From: Fimbriosthenelais zetlandica
Taxonomy: Eukaryota
Assembly: GCA_977030845.1 (NCBI GenBank)
Contig: OZ365118.1
Location: 3,410,001-3,474,000 of the forward strand
DNA: 64,000 nt
Reading direction: 5' to 3'
The position numbers and the translations under genes were made by a program. Positions 39,401 to 51,520 of the stretch are shown piece after piece. The notes under the pieces are model-generated. The model worked only from the letters and a program-made list of their open reading frames with translations, was not told the DNA's origin and ran no database searches. The first letter of the stretch is position 1. Every line of letters starts with the position of its first letter.

Positions 39401-42400
39401 GGACGTTCACAAGTGATGTTCCCACTCCACCACACACCTCCACCATAAGTTTATTTACAAAGACGGACAATTCAGAACATTGTTAATTACAGTCATTATT
39501 CAGCATCATTAGGTTTGATAAAGAAGCAAACACAAACATACGCCTGGCTAGACCAAAAGAAACATGAAGTGTTTTGTTGAGAAGACAAAGACGTATCATG
39601 GTGGGTTAGTGCATGGAGGTGTGTAGAGAACTGAGTACACCTGACGTGCGGTACGCACTGCCTACCTATATATCCAGGGGTGCGATTAATGAAAAAGATT
39701 TAAAACATTGGAACAATCCACCGGAGGTTTTGTCAAAGGTTGGCTTCACTAGATATATGTGACATAGGGAGATTGAGAAAATGAACTGTTTTTGAAAGTG
39801 AAAAATAGTCCCTAACACAAGGAAAAGGGGTATTTCTTCTATCTTTGATAAGTCTAGAACTTTTTTCAAGCAAAGCCCCCAGAAGAGTCTTGTACTTGGG
39901 GATGGGACAGCCAGATAGTTGTCTTTCACTGAAGCACCCTACCATTTAAACTCTTTATTCTACCATTGCCACTGCATCCCTCTCACACACCAAGGGTCAC
40001 GCGATCTCGTGACCTTTGAGCGTGATTCTGCGTGATAACGCGGGATTTGGAGGGGTTGAAGATGGCATGCGGGATGGGGTAGGTAGTGTGGAGGGGTGGG
40101 GGTGGCGGTGGGGGTGTGATTTTGGTCAGAGTAAAGTGGCGGTTGGTTGGACTATATGGGCTGGGTTTTTGGTGGGAGTGGGAGATTTTGGCAGGGAATC
40201 GTGCCTTGTTGAGGCGAGCAGTAAGTGACACCTAGTCATAGAGTAAACTTGTAGCTGATAAAGATCGACAGCCAGGTGTGGCCTACAATATGTATACAGG
40301 TAGAGTCCCACACCCCACCACCACTCCATCACTGACGTTACATCCCATATAATGCCCTCATATGATGGCCCTTTTATACCATAGCCCTTTCTCCCCAATC
40401 CTATTGTTTGCATCAACCCACAGAGCTGTAGATAAAGCCTTGGCTTGTAATGGAGGGGTGGGTGATTGAGACGTTGACTGATCAATGCTATAGTTAGTGG
40501 GGCTATTCTCAGAAGCACACCAATGAGCTCTGTACACCAATTGTCATAAATCAACCTAGTCCTGGCTTATTAAGTCCCTAATACAACGCACCGTCAAGTC
40601 TGCTCCAATCCTAAGTCTGTCCCATTACAAACCCTCAAGGGAAGTGGGCAGGACCGTACCCTATAAAAATCGTGATATATTAGGATAGAATTTCCGGGCC
40701 TTTTAGCTTTCGACTCAATAAGATCTCAGTCAGATAGCGCCTTCAGTAGAAAGCAGCGAGGGGGAGAAGGCAGCTTTTGGGCCTGCTCCAAATTAACAAT
40801 GATTTCTCCACAGGCTTTCGACTTTAAAGGTTGCAGACCCCTTAAAGGTGTGAGCGTCAACTCTTGTGGAGGACTTCAATGGTAAAAGAGGCACATGGTA
40901 GGGGCGTGATATGGTTTATACAATGTAAGTCTGCTCAATGGGGCAGAATGATCGATCTGCTTTAAGGGCGGAATGACCTTTATTTGGGTGAGAACCGCCA
41001 GAAAAACATACCCGCCCCTTCACCAGAGCACGAGCTTGTGGGCCACCGTAGCCACGGCCAAATCAGAACAAAATGGTGGGAAACAATCGCTTGTATTTCT
41101 GGCTCATGGAAGCAGGGGGAGGGGAGGTTAGGTTCGGGATACGCTACAGGATACCTGGCCCACCTCAATAGCTCACCGGGTGGTCTCTAGACGAGTTCAA
41201 ACTTTGGGGACCTTTGCTGTGCCCCTTCGTTCCAGGCCTCTGATCTCTAAACAGTATAATTATAACTTGGCTACCTTAGACCCAAAACATCTCAACTTGC
41301 AACGGCATCCACACGCAAAAGCTTTTGTAGCTTGGCAGAGTGTGGAAGATCAGGCAGTGATGTTGGTGGTTTGTTTTATGAAGGGTGAGGTCGGGGGCGC
41401 CCCCCCCCCCATCCTGGGTAGAGATCTTCTCCACTTTATGATATGCTGTTATGTATGGTGGCGGGAATGGACTCATGTCATGTGAGAGGTTGTATAGGTC
41501 ACTTATCATATACATTTGTTATCATCTTCTTCATGAATTAGGTTTAGAGCTATGATGGAAAATGGGCAACATTCAAGTGTGTCAAGGCAATAGTCTACGG
41601 CAATAAACATAGTTGCCAACTGCTGCATATAAATACTGCATACTCAACCTTAGTTAGGCCTCTATACAGATTTGACCAAAATTAACCAACATTTTCAGGA
41701 GATCCAACCCAAACATCCAGATTGTCTCATGCATGGTCGACCAATTTTTTTTCAAATAAAAGAAAGAAAAGGTGAAAAAGAGAAGCAAGGTAGCAGTTGC
41801 TGGCAGGGTGTTAATATGTCATATGGTAAAGTCCAATCATCACCTGGGTGGACTATTTTGTGGGGTGCACACAGTGGAAGCATTCTCCCCGTCTTCCCCT
41901 ACAGAGACCATGATGTCTTCACCCACCTGCCTCGTCCACGCAGACCTGTTATTACTGCTCCACCAAGCCACCAACTACCCCGCCACAACCCTCCTCTCAC
42001 ATTGTTATTCCCTGATGAATTATGAAGTGTTTATATGAGTGTACGGGTTAATTCCAGGGTGGGGTGTTAGGGCTAACTTACCCCATCTATACAGGGGTAG
42101 GGAGCCTGTCAGGGGGTAGACTACTACCCTGTCAAGTGGACATCAACATGAATTGTCTCTGGACATCTCAATTCCCTCTCACGGCCAGGGTCCGGGGATC
42201 GCCACTCTGGGTCATTTCTGTGTTGGTCAGCCTCCCCCGCCCCCTCTCACTCACCAGCTGTTCCTCTAGGGTACAAATTGTGGTAGAATAGAGAGCTGGA
42301 GGCTTGGTTTTTCTGCATTTTGTTTAGGAGCTTGTAGTGGTTGGAGGTTTGTATGACATCTGTGTTATGGAAGGTGGAGAGGTAGCTTAAGGCAGGACTG

Positions 42401-42850
42401 GTGAATGGTTCAATACTGAACGTGTTAATGTCCACCCGCCTGAGGTGAGCACTTTGTTCATAAAGGTCGTCTTTACTTCTTTACACACCTTTAGCCACCA
42501 ATGGACCCACTCCATATTCTTCCCATTACCACTCACAAGACTGAATAGAATGGCATTAAGTTCTGAACAGATCTGATAAATTTTCATCAGTATAATTTAA
42601 TCTATTGCTCCCATGAAACCTCAGGCCTAATTTTCAATGCAATATATGTATAGAATTTCAGGGACATTGCATATGTCTATATAGTAAGACCCAGTTCCAT
42701 GTCTACCTATACATCAACGTGAAGCCAGTATGTATAAGAGAAACCCAATGAAAAACAGAGTTGATTGAGTGGGTGACAATCTTTTCTAATTCTTTTTGCT
42801 AAAGCAAAAGGTGTTATCTATCAAACATATCTCCAAGGTGTCAAAGCATT

Positions 42851-42864
42851 GTTTCCATGGAAAC
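42851..42864. promoter_or_regulatory. RFX X-box, perfect palindrome (GTTTCCATGGAAAC)
   Basis: Exact match to GTTNCCATGGNAAC. Confidence 0.6.
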
Positions 42865-45800
42865 AAACATCACCATCCCTCAGTAGCTCTACTATTGAGA
42901 ACAAAACCCTCCCGTGGCTACATCTAACCCGGTCCTCTCTTCTTCCTATAATAATTAAAGAGCTGCAGGTCTGCACGTTGATTCAACCTGTACTTTAATA
43001 ACACCTTGTAGGTCTTGCCCGGGCTCTTTACCCTCAAATGATGGGCTAGCCAGCCCGCAATGGTAGAATGGCCTGAGGTGGCCATAGTCTGTCGCCTTCC
43101 CTCTATTCATTGCCAAGTACTTCTTGTTCTGCTTCGTTTCCAACCCACCTCTCTATCCATCCTATACAAGATAGCTGTCACTTTTATGTGATGTCTTAGT
43201 TTAAGGGACAAAGGATGAGAAAGGCCTTTCACCGCCTCTTCCCCCCATGGCAATGTTCTCCTAGTTTTGGATAATGAAATGTGTAGGTATATATATGACA
43301 AATCAAAGTGCTGTGAGGATTGATAAGGTAGAATTTGCCTGACAGATGTTGAATATGTGAATGACTGGGTGAGAGCTGGGTGGATTTTTATCCTCAAACT
43401 GTCATATTATTATGGAGATGTTAAAGTATGAACAAGGAGTCTATACTACTTGGTATGAATCGAGTTAGATCAAAGAGATATAGCAATGATTTCTTATCTC
43501 AATATCAATGTGTTTTTTTTATATAAATCCATCAATTATATTTGTGAAATGTTTCCATTACAACTATGGGTCGTGAGTGGAGAGTCAGTCGCAAAAATCA
43601 ATATCTCACGGGGTCAAACCTGTATCACTGTATTTGTATTGGCATGTGCTTGATGAATTACCGAATTATTTCATTAGAATCATTCCACTCTCTGAAAAGA
43701 TCCACATCTCACCAGCCGAGTCAAAAATGAGACCAGCTCATGGATGTAAACAATAATCGATACTGCCTGTTGGACCTATAGTGGACGGGACACTGGGTGC
43801 CAATGGTAAAGCTGGTCCATGATAATTAAACACCAATTAAGTCCATCCATCAATGGTTGTAATTAGGATGGGTGACATGACGCGTTTGCGTGCATTTTGA
43901 CCTTGACATCTAGAAGGCCTTGTAACCTTCAGACAAAGGTCAGCGGGAAAAAGTGAGGCATGGCTTCTTCACTGATGAGGGGTATTGTTAATGATGGGGG
44001 GGATGCTGCATACAAGGGGGAGGGGGGAATGATGGGTATACAGAGGGCTATCTGATTATCACTGACTAGGTTAGTCCTAAACTAAACATGTCAATCAATG
44101 AATGCTAGCGATTAATGAAATATTATTATGAAATAGCTATTAGTTAACTATACAAGATCTCACATATCACGACCTATTCATTCTGAATTCAGGTAGGATT
44201 AAGTGAATGTTTGAGTATACATGTACATTGTATACCTAAGCTTCTTAAGCTTTAGATTAAATCAACGTTTGAATCAATCTACATTACTTATAATGCAATA
44301 CGATTTATACATACGATTCATATACGGATTGTATAATTCATACTGAGTATTAATAAGCAAGCCATGGATTGATTTAAATGAGTATTATGGGACAAACTGA
44401 AGTGATTTGAGAATAAAACAAATCCTGTACTGGTATAACTAATCAGATAGCCCGCAGCTGACCAGGGTTGAGGTATTGTTGACTGAGTTAAGCGGGGGTC
44501 AGTGAATGAATGACTCAGTCCAGTGATTAGAGGTAAAACCAGTAAAGATACACCAAGACAATATGCATTCATAGTGCTGGTCATTAGGCATATATTATAC
44601 ATGCTTAATGCACACTGCAAATTGGTGCGCCTCATCACGAAGCCATACCCTACCAGCTGCTGAGGTGCATTCTATACACTGAGATCAGGCATTCTTCTAT
44701 AAGGTGACTAGAGAGATGGGAATTCTGTCTATTGAATTTATATGAAATATTGTTTGTGGTTTTTCACAGGAATAAAGAAATTCATGGGGCTTTCCCGATC
44801 CGAGTCTCAAATAGATAATGAAAGAAGTTTGTTGGATCAGAGAGAGGTAGTTGGACTTATTAAAGACCAAAGAATGAAGTTCTATACATCATTGTTTGGA
44901 CTAAAAAAAAGTTATCTATGGAAACTGTTTTTAAGGGAATAGTGCCTCTGTATGTGCGAGAATTGTCTTAATATTTAAAAAGGTTTCTTCTGATCAAGGC
45001 AGAAGGAAATGGAATCCTTCAATTAGTCGATTATTATCTGAAGCTATAAGATGTGTGATTTATAAGATTGAGAGAGGCCTACCATCATTAGATCAGTGTA
45101 CATGATGGATGTCCTACCCTATAGTGATATATTTATACAACCTTATTACACTATGATGGGGTACGAGGCCTGGTAAACAGAAATATCACATTATCACCAT
45201 TCAATACACTCACAATACAGACCTGGCATGTACGCCACAATTATAAGTTATAAAAGAGAACCATCTCCACTTGTGATGAACCCTACTTATTCTCTCCTAC
45301 CCCCTGCATCGCAGAACAGGATCCACTCATGGGAAACTATTAAAGTTATTGTGTAAACTGGGATTGAGGCATAAAGGGGCAATGACTGTATATGTATGCT
45401 TAGACTGAGGGAGCTGTACACCTCACCACTGATAGCGTATATATGTATAAGAGATTAGATCCCAGCCATACAAAGCTCCCACCATATTACATCAACAATT
45501 TGCCATATCATACAATCAAGCCACATATTTTCTCTCCACTGCAAAAAATAAATATTTTGAAACAGAAAGAGGATCTTGGGGAATGAATCACACATGGTTG
45601 GGTTAGAGACAATTGATGGTCTAACCACAATAAGATGTCCTATAGGAACACCATGGTACAGGCGGGGTATGTGTGAGACATGAAAGCGTTTTGTTTGTTG
45701 ATATGAATTTAATAAATCAGAGAGTCGGGAGAGGTTTGAGAGTGTACAGTGTGAGAGCCCTCGTGTCAGGTGGAGGGGACGCGGGGGGTAAGGCGGTGCC

Positions 45801-48800
45801 TTAGATCTCATACCCGACAGGTAGGCCATCCACTGATGGCCTCCAGGCTCAGGATGAGGCTTTTTTACCCTAACATCCATCCCTGATTTCATTCACTTCA
45901 CAATCTCTCCCTTTACACGCCATCTTAATGCCCTCCCTCATCAGGAAATGACCTCAGAAAATGTCTGAGAAAAACAGACGGGCTGATTCCTGTTGGTGGT
46001 GTGTATTATAAGCTCGCTTATATAGTAAGAGGATTTATGTTTGTTCTTTTAGAGGAGATTAAAGTGTAATAATGAGGTATCACCTGGGTGCCGTGTGTGA
46101 TGTGAGGCTATAGGTACACACACTCAGTGATTTACTCCCTCATGGAGGTAGATCTATCATAAGATGATTAAGAGATCAGCTGGAGCACCGACTACTCTCC
46201 TATACCAGCTTTGTTACCTTCTCCAGGGGTGTCCAAATAAGTACCCAACCTCGGCCACACCTCCTGCCCCCAATCTTCCTCTGGAAATCCCACATATTAT
46301 TATATCAAAATAAAAAAACTCATACTAAACCAACATCAGTGCCTGGATATTTTCTCAAACTCTGGGAACTTTCCACTGAAGTTTTCTGATTATTTTTTAA
46401 TCAAAATGAAGTTGGTTTAAGATTTAAATAGGTGTTTAACCCTTGTATTGTGAGTATGAAGTGTAAGGGTGGGAGAGAGGTACTCATTGGGTTGATGTAT
46501 GGGGTAATGGGCGGGGATTATGGCAGGTAACCTGTGATTACACTCACCATATACTTAACACAGGTCCAGCCTCACCCAAACATAGACTACACACAGTCTA
46601 CTCAAATATTTTATATCATTTTTTCTCTTTCTGGCCTCCAAATAATAAGACTTCAGCAAATTAAACTTTCCATCTTCATTCTTCCGAAGCTGAGAAATGA
46701 GATTTGAACTGATGCATGCTTAATTAATAGACCCTAGGTAAGAGATTCCTAATTTATTTCAGATTTATTGGGAGACTAAGGACAAGTCTAAATGGCCGAG
46801 GGGAGAGGAAACCTATGGCAGTTTTCCATTCCCTAAAAGACAAAGACCTAACCTTTAACCGGGGATCACTAATCATGGGGAGGTCGTTATAGGAGCGGTG
46901 GGACAGGTAAATAACAATAGATGGTCAATAATGCCATCATGTGTAGATGACCAACAACTACCCTCCCTCTACCCCTCCCCTACTTCTACCTCTCCTCCCA
47001 CTTGCCCTCCCCAGACTTTGATTTGTCTTTTAAACTCTTTCAAACTCGTTCTCAACTTTGTTATAGAGCCAATATTTGATAATTTCTCTATTTCTAAACT
47101 ATTCCTAATTCAGTTTCCTACGCCATATATGGCGCGAATTTATTTTACGATTAGAATATTTTTCTTTAAATTCAAGTCATTTTGAAATTCACAGGGGATA
47201 TTTCTATAGCATGTTTAAGTAGAATATGAACTGGACGATTAGAGACAGGTGTTCAACAAGTCTTTTACAAAATATAATTGGACTTGGTCGAGTGGAGAAG
47301 TCAGGTGTGTATAGAATGATAAAGCTTGACCAGTGCCTAATGGTCAGATGGTGGTCAGTGAGTTGGTAAACCTACAATCACGGCTGACCTATGGCTTCTA
47401 GATCAGTGGGAAACCCACCAACATACTGACCATATGTATAGAGATGTTCATAAAAGTCATCTTATAAAATGGATGGTACCTTTCATCGAACAATGCTTCA
47501 ACTTATATACAATTGACATCTAGAGAATAGAGTATGGGTTGACATGAGTTATATGGGATTAAGGGTTCCGAGCTCGAAGAAACCCTGAAACCCATAATAA
47601 AAGTATTTAAAAGTTAAGACGATTATGATAGCATAATTTAAACACATACAATCATTGCTTATACATCTCAAGTTTTAAGTAATGAAATATTTACCTTCAT
47701 ATCTATTTTGCCTTTTGGTTGACGTTGACAGCGTGAAGCCCTAAAAAGAAAAAGAAATAAACTCTAAAAAGTGTCTTCAATACAAAGAATCTTTTGTGAG
47801 AAACCATCTATACAGCATCCCAATTAAGTCTGATTCCTGACTGTAACAGGACGACTCTTGGTTTCTTGTTGAATGCTGAGAACAGTAACAAGTTCTTAGT
47901 AACTGGAGACTGAAGACAAGTGTTCCAAATGAGACATAGCTCCAAGTCGCCTTCAAAGCTTGATCAGGCCACCCTCCCACCACAAGCCTTATGATATATG
48001 ATCCCACCTTATTCACCTACTGTATTCCCTACAAGCTGAACTCTGGGGGTAGGTAGACTATAGGTCATCAATCCAGCCATACCTGTCCCAGGTGCCACAG
48101 ATAGGGAGTCAAGTTGCAATCTAATCAGAAAGTATAAAGGCCTAACGAGGAGAGATAAGAAAAGCCTTGTCAGCAATTATTGCCGCGTGTGTCGGTGTAT
48201 GAATGGGGGGGGGGTAATAAGGGGGCAGGCGGTATAGGGGTGGGTTTGTATGGGGAGGCTGGACAATGGGGCTGGGGTAGGACTACCACAACAGTTTGTG
48301 CTGGTTAATCAGGCGGCGCTGCCAGCTTGGAGGTGTAGTGGAATATATGGATGTTGAGGTTGGATAGAGGGAGGAGTCTGGTCAATCTTTGACCACAACT
48401 ATAGTCTATACCTCTCAATGATTCTGACATTTGACAATGGTCGAGTCAGTATTGAGTTTCAATATTTTGGCTTCAATTTGTAGTCAAATAAGACCAAAAA
48501 ATATGACCAAACTTTTCAAATTCTTCATCGCTGATTAAAAGCATTGTTTCAAATCAAAAGATATTCAAATCAGTGAGATATATACACTGGGAACTGATCT
48601 TGTATTCAGAATCTCATCCAAGTCAAATAAGGATGAGATCATTTATAAATGAGGAGGGGCTGTAAGATGGAGGGCGCTGGGGTGAGCATCGAGCAAGCAT
48701 ATCAGATGTAGATCCCCAACCCTAAACCCGAGTAGTGTGTGTAGTGGTCAGGTAGTGTATGTAGCTGGTATAGTCCAGTCTATATAGAGGTTATTTTATA

Positions 48801-51069
48801 TAGAGGTAGGCGGGTACAGGTGTATGTACATAGGTAAGTCCCCACACACCCTCTATTGTGGTCACCCATGCCTCCATGACCTATTGTGCTTTCTATTCTT
48901 CAGTCTGACATTGCTGGCCAACCATATACCTTTTCTTGAGAAAAGATTGGAAAGTTGATCATAATGGCAACCATAAATTGTGGATATTTCTGTGGTCATG
49001 TACATAAAATTCAAGACTGGACGTTTTAATTGGGACTAGTGAGTCAAGTCAGCAATTGTTCCGCTATCTCAAGGAAATGAAAGATAGAAAATGGTGATAT
49101 TCGTCGTTGAATTTCAGTATGATTGCCTAAGATTAGACTGCATAGAATTTACGATACAATGTTGACTATAAAATATCCAAACAATTGTTATCTTGACACA
49201 AGCCAAGTATCTGAGATAAATGTAATGATACAGCCTTGTTAGCTTCCTCAATTAGGCGCCATCATTCCAGAATCAAGTTTCCACACCATGAAACTTTATC
49301 CGACATCTTTCTAACACAGGATGTCCCCATCATCTCCGTTTAGGACCCACCCAGACTTCTGAAGTCAAAATTGGGGTCAGGTGTTTCTCAAAGACCCCTT
49401 ATTTTTTCAGCCATTGCCAAGTTGACCAACACATCCTACTGTCACTATCAATCTTGGGTTTAAATAGTAAGTGTGGGCCTGTGTAATGACAGGTAGGCGC
49501 TACCACCAACAACGAATCACCACAGGAACTAAGTACCATCCTCTACATGTGCTGGGACCTTCAAAGACCACCGCGCGTCTGAGACCTGGTCATTTTAACA
49601 TAGCCACCCCTGATACCCCTGGCTTTGAAGGTATGGGAGTGACCGCTCTATAGCTAACTAGGGTGGACAGGTAGGTGGTCTGTCCAGGCGGAGTTAGCAG
49701 GGTCAAACAATGAGGCTCAACATGGGGAACAATGCAACCTTCTTGGCAAATAAGGAGAAGAAATAAATAAAAATTAAGTAGGGGAAATCAATGTATATAT
49801 ACACGTACATAGTCCTGTTGTTTGAACTGAGGAAACTTCTAAACAAATGCTTTCTGGATGCATCTCTTAGCATAGAATCTTTCAGGTAGATATTTTCAAA
49901 ATATGTGACAAAGAAGTAGATTATAGATGGATTTCAACTGAGTTTCTTTGCAAATTCTTCCACATAATTATGCTTCGAGAACATCATAATAATTTCCGGA
50001 AAAAAAATAACAAGATACAAATGTATGAGAAAGTTGCCTGGGTAGAGTATAGATAGGACGCTGATTAGGAGAGGGTTTAGAGATGTGAGACACGGGGGTG
50101 TAGGTAGTGGGATGATTAGAGGGGGCATGTCCAGATCACTTAGACCCTGCGGCCTACCTGTGGTCAGCGCCCACCTTCATTTAGACGGTGGGAGTGACCG
50201 TGTGCTATATAGTTTGCGGTACTGGGAGGTGATCATTAGTCTATCTACAGTATTGTTCAACAAATAGTGGAGCGATTGTCTGACAGTCTCTCCCCTTATC
50301 AATGCATTGTTCAGAATAACTGTCCTAGCACTACTCTTGGTAGAGAGCCTTCTACTTGACTGAATTTTTAACTGGGCTTGTATTCAGTCCAAGCAACTGC
50401 TCTAGTTTTCAAGAGCATTTTGTCAGCTTTCATACCTTGGAATTCTGTAAGCAGGGTGATCATTGTGCTAATTGTGCAGCTATCAGGCTGGGTGATGGAG
50501 AGGGTGGTGTTCAGCGTGGACTCACACTGCCAGTCTTATAGAAGTCGGCGGCCAGGCATCCATTCACCAGCTTTAAGTCCCTCCATTGAGGGCTGGTTTT
50601 AAGTCAGTTTATGACACATATTCTCTATGAGATCTTGTGTCATTATCTCTGTCATCTCACACTCACACACCAATGATCCTCTTAACATTCAAGGGGTAAG
50701 ATGTATTCTGAAGAATCCCGAGAACTGAGGGGTCAGGATCCAAATAGCCCTATGGGAACTGGAGTGAGGGAGGGCGGATCCAGAGGGACGACCAAGGACC
50801 CACCACTCCCCACTTGAAGATGCTTTTGTCGCTCATTTTCTTTGAGCCAATATTCTGAACTTCCCCGACTTTTTTTTAAAATCTCGAGTTGGGTACTGGC
50901 TAACAAAGAATTGATACTACTTCGACATTAAAATAATTCGAATCACTCCAGAAAATCTAAAATATAGTCCAGATAAAGGAGTATTTCATATTTCGGGTGT
51001 TTAAATGCTAAATCCGACTTAGATTTAGACGCGAATCTATTAAGGGGCTCGGTATATAAGTTATCAGTA

Positions 51070-51520
51070 CATTTCGGCTTGTCTGCGGCGTGCAGACAGC
51101 CTGAGATGGTCCCGCGTCGACAGTCACTCACTCACTTATCTCCTCCGCCGACGGAGGGCGCCCCCAAGGTCAAATAAGTATGTCAGCGGCATGTCGGCCG
51201 CCAGGGGGATAGGAGGACAGGTATCTGAGTAACACGTGTAGGACAGCGGGTGATCCACCATCCTACTCCAGTCTAAACCTAATCTACATCCATCACCCGA
51301 CATGGAGGAGAATCCAGGCTGTATCAACGTCCACCGCGCGCCTGGTCAAAACGCCGCCATGACCTCCACCACTAACGTCACTTCCGCCGCCTTGACCTGA
51401 CGTCACTTCCGGTCTTGTTATGACGTCGGCGTTCAGCGGCCGATCGCCAAGGTCGATCAAGATCATGCTAAGGTCAGGGGCGACTCACTGGCCAAACACC
51501 CGCCGACGGATTCCCTTTTG
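51070..51520. promoter_or_regulatory. CpG island with promoter motifs (ETS-CRE composite x2, third CRE-like site, YY1, nuclear-receptor half-sites)
   Basis: The most CpG-dense stretch of the desert; TGACGTCACTTCCGG 51398-51412, ACGTCACTTCCG 51375-51386, TGACGTC 51421, GCCGCCATG 51353-51361, CCAAGGTCA 51164-51172. Confidence 0.75.

Noticed and set aside
13888-48840. Perfect + strand splice donors in the desert (e.g. 13891, 23980, 48834)
   Set aside because: Such 6-9-mers occur at chance frequency; no paired acceptor or open exon found.
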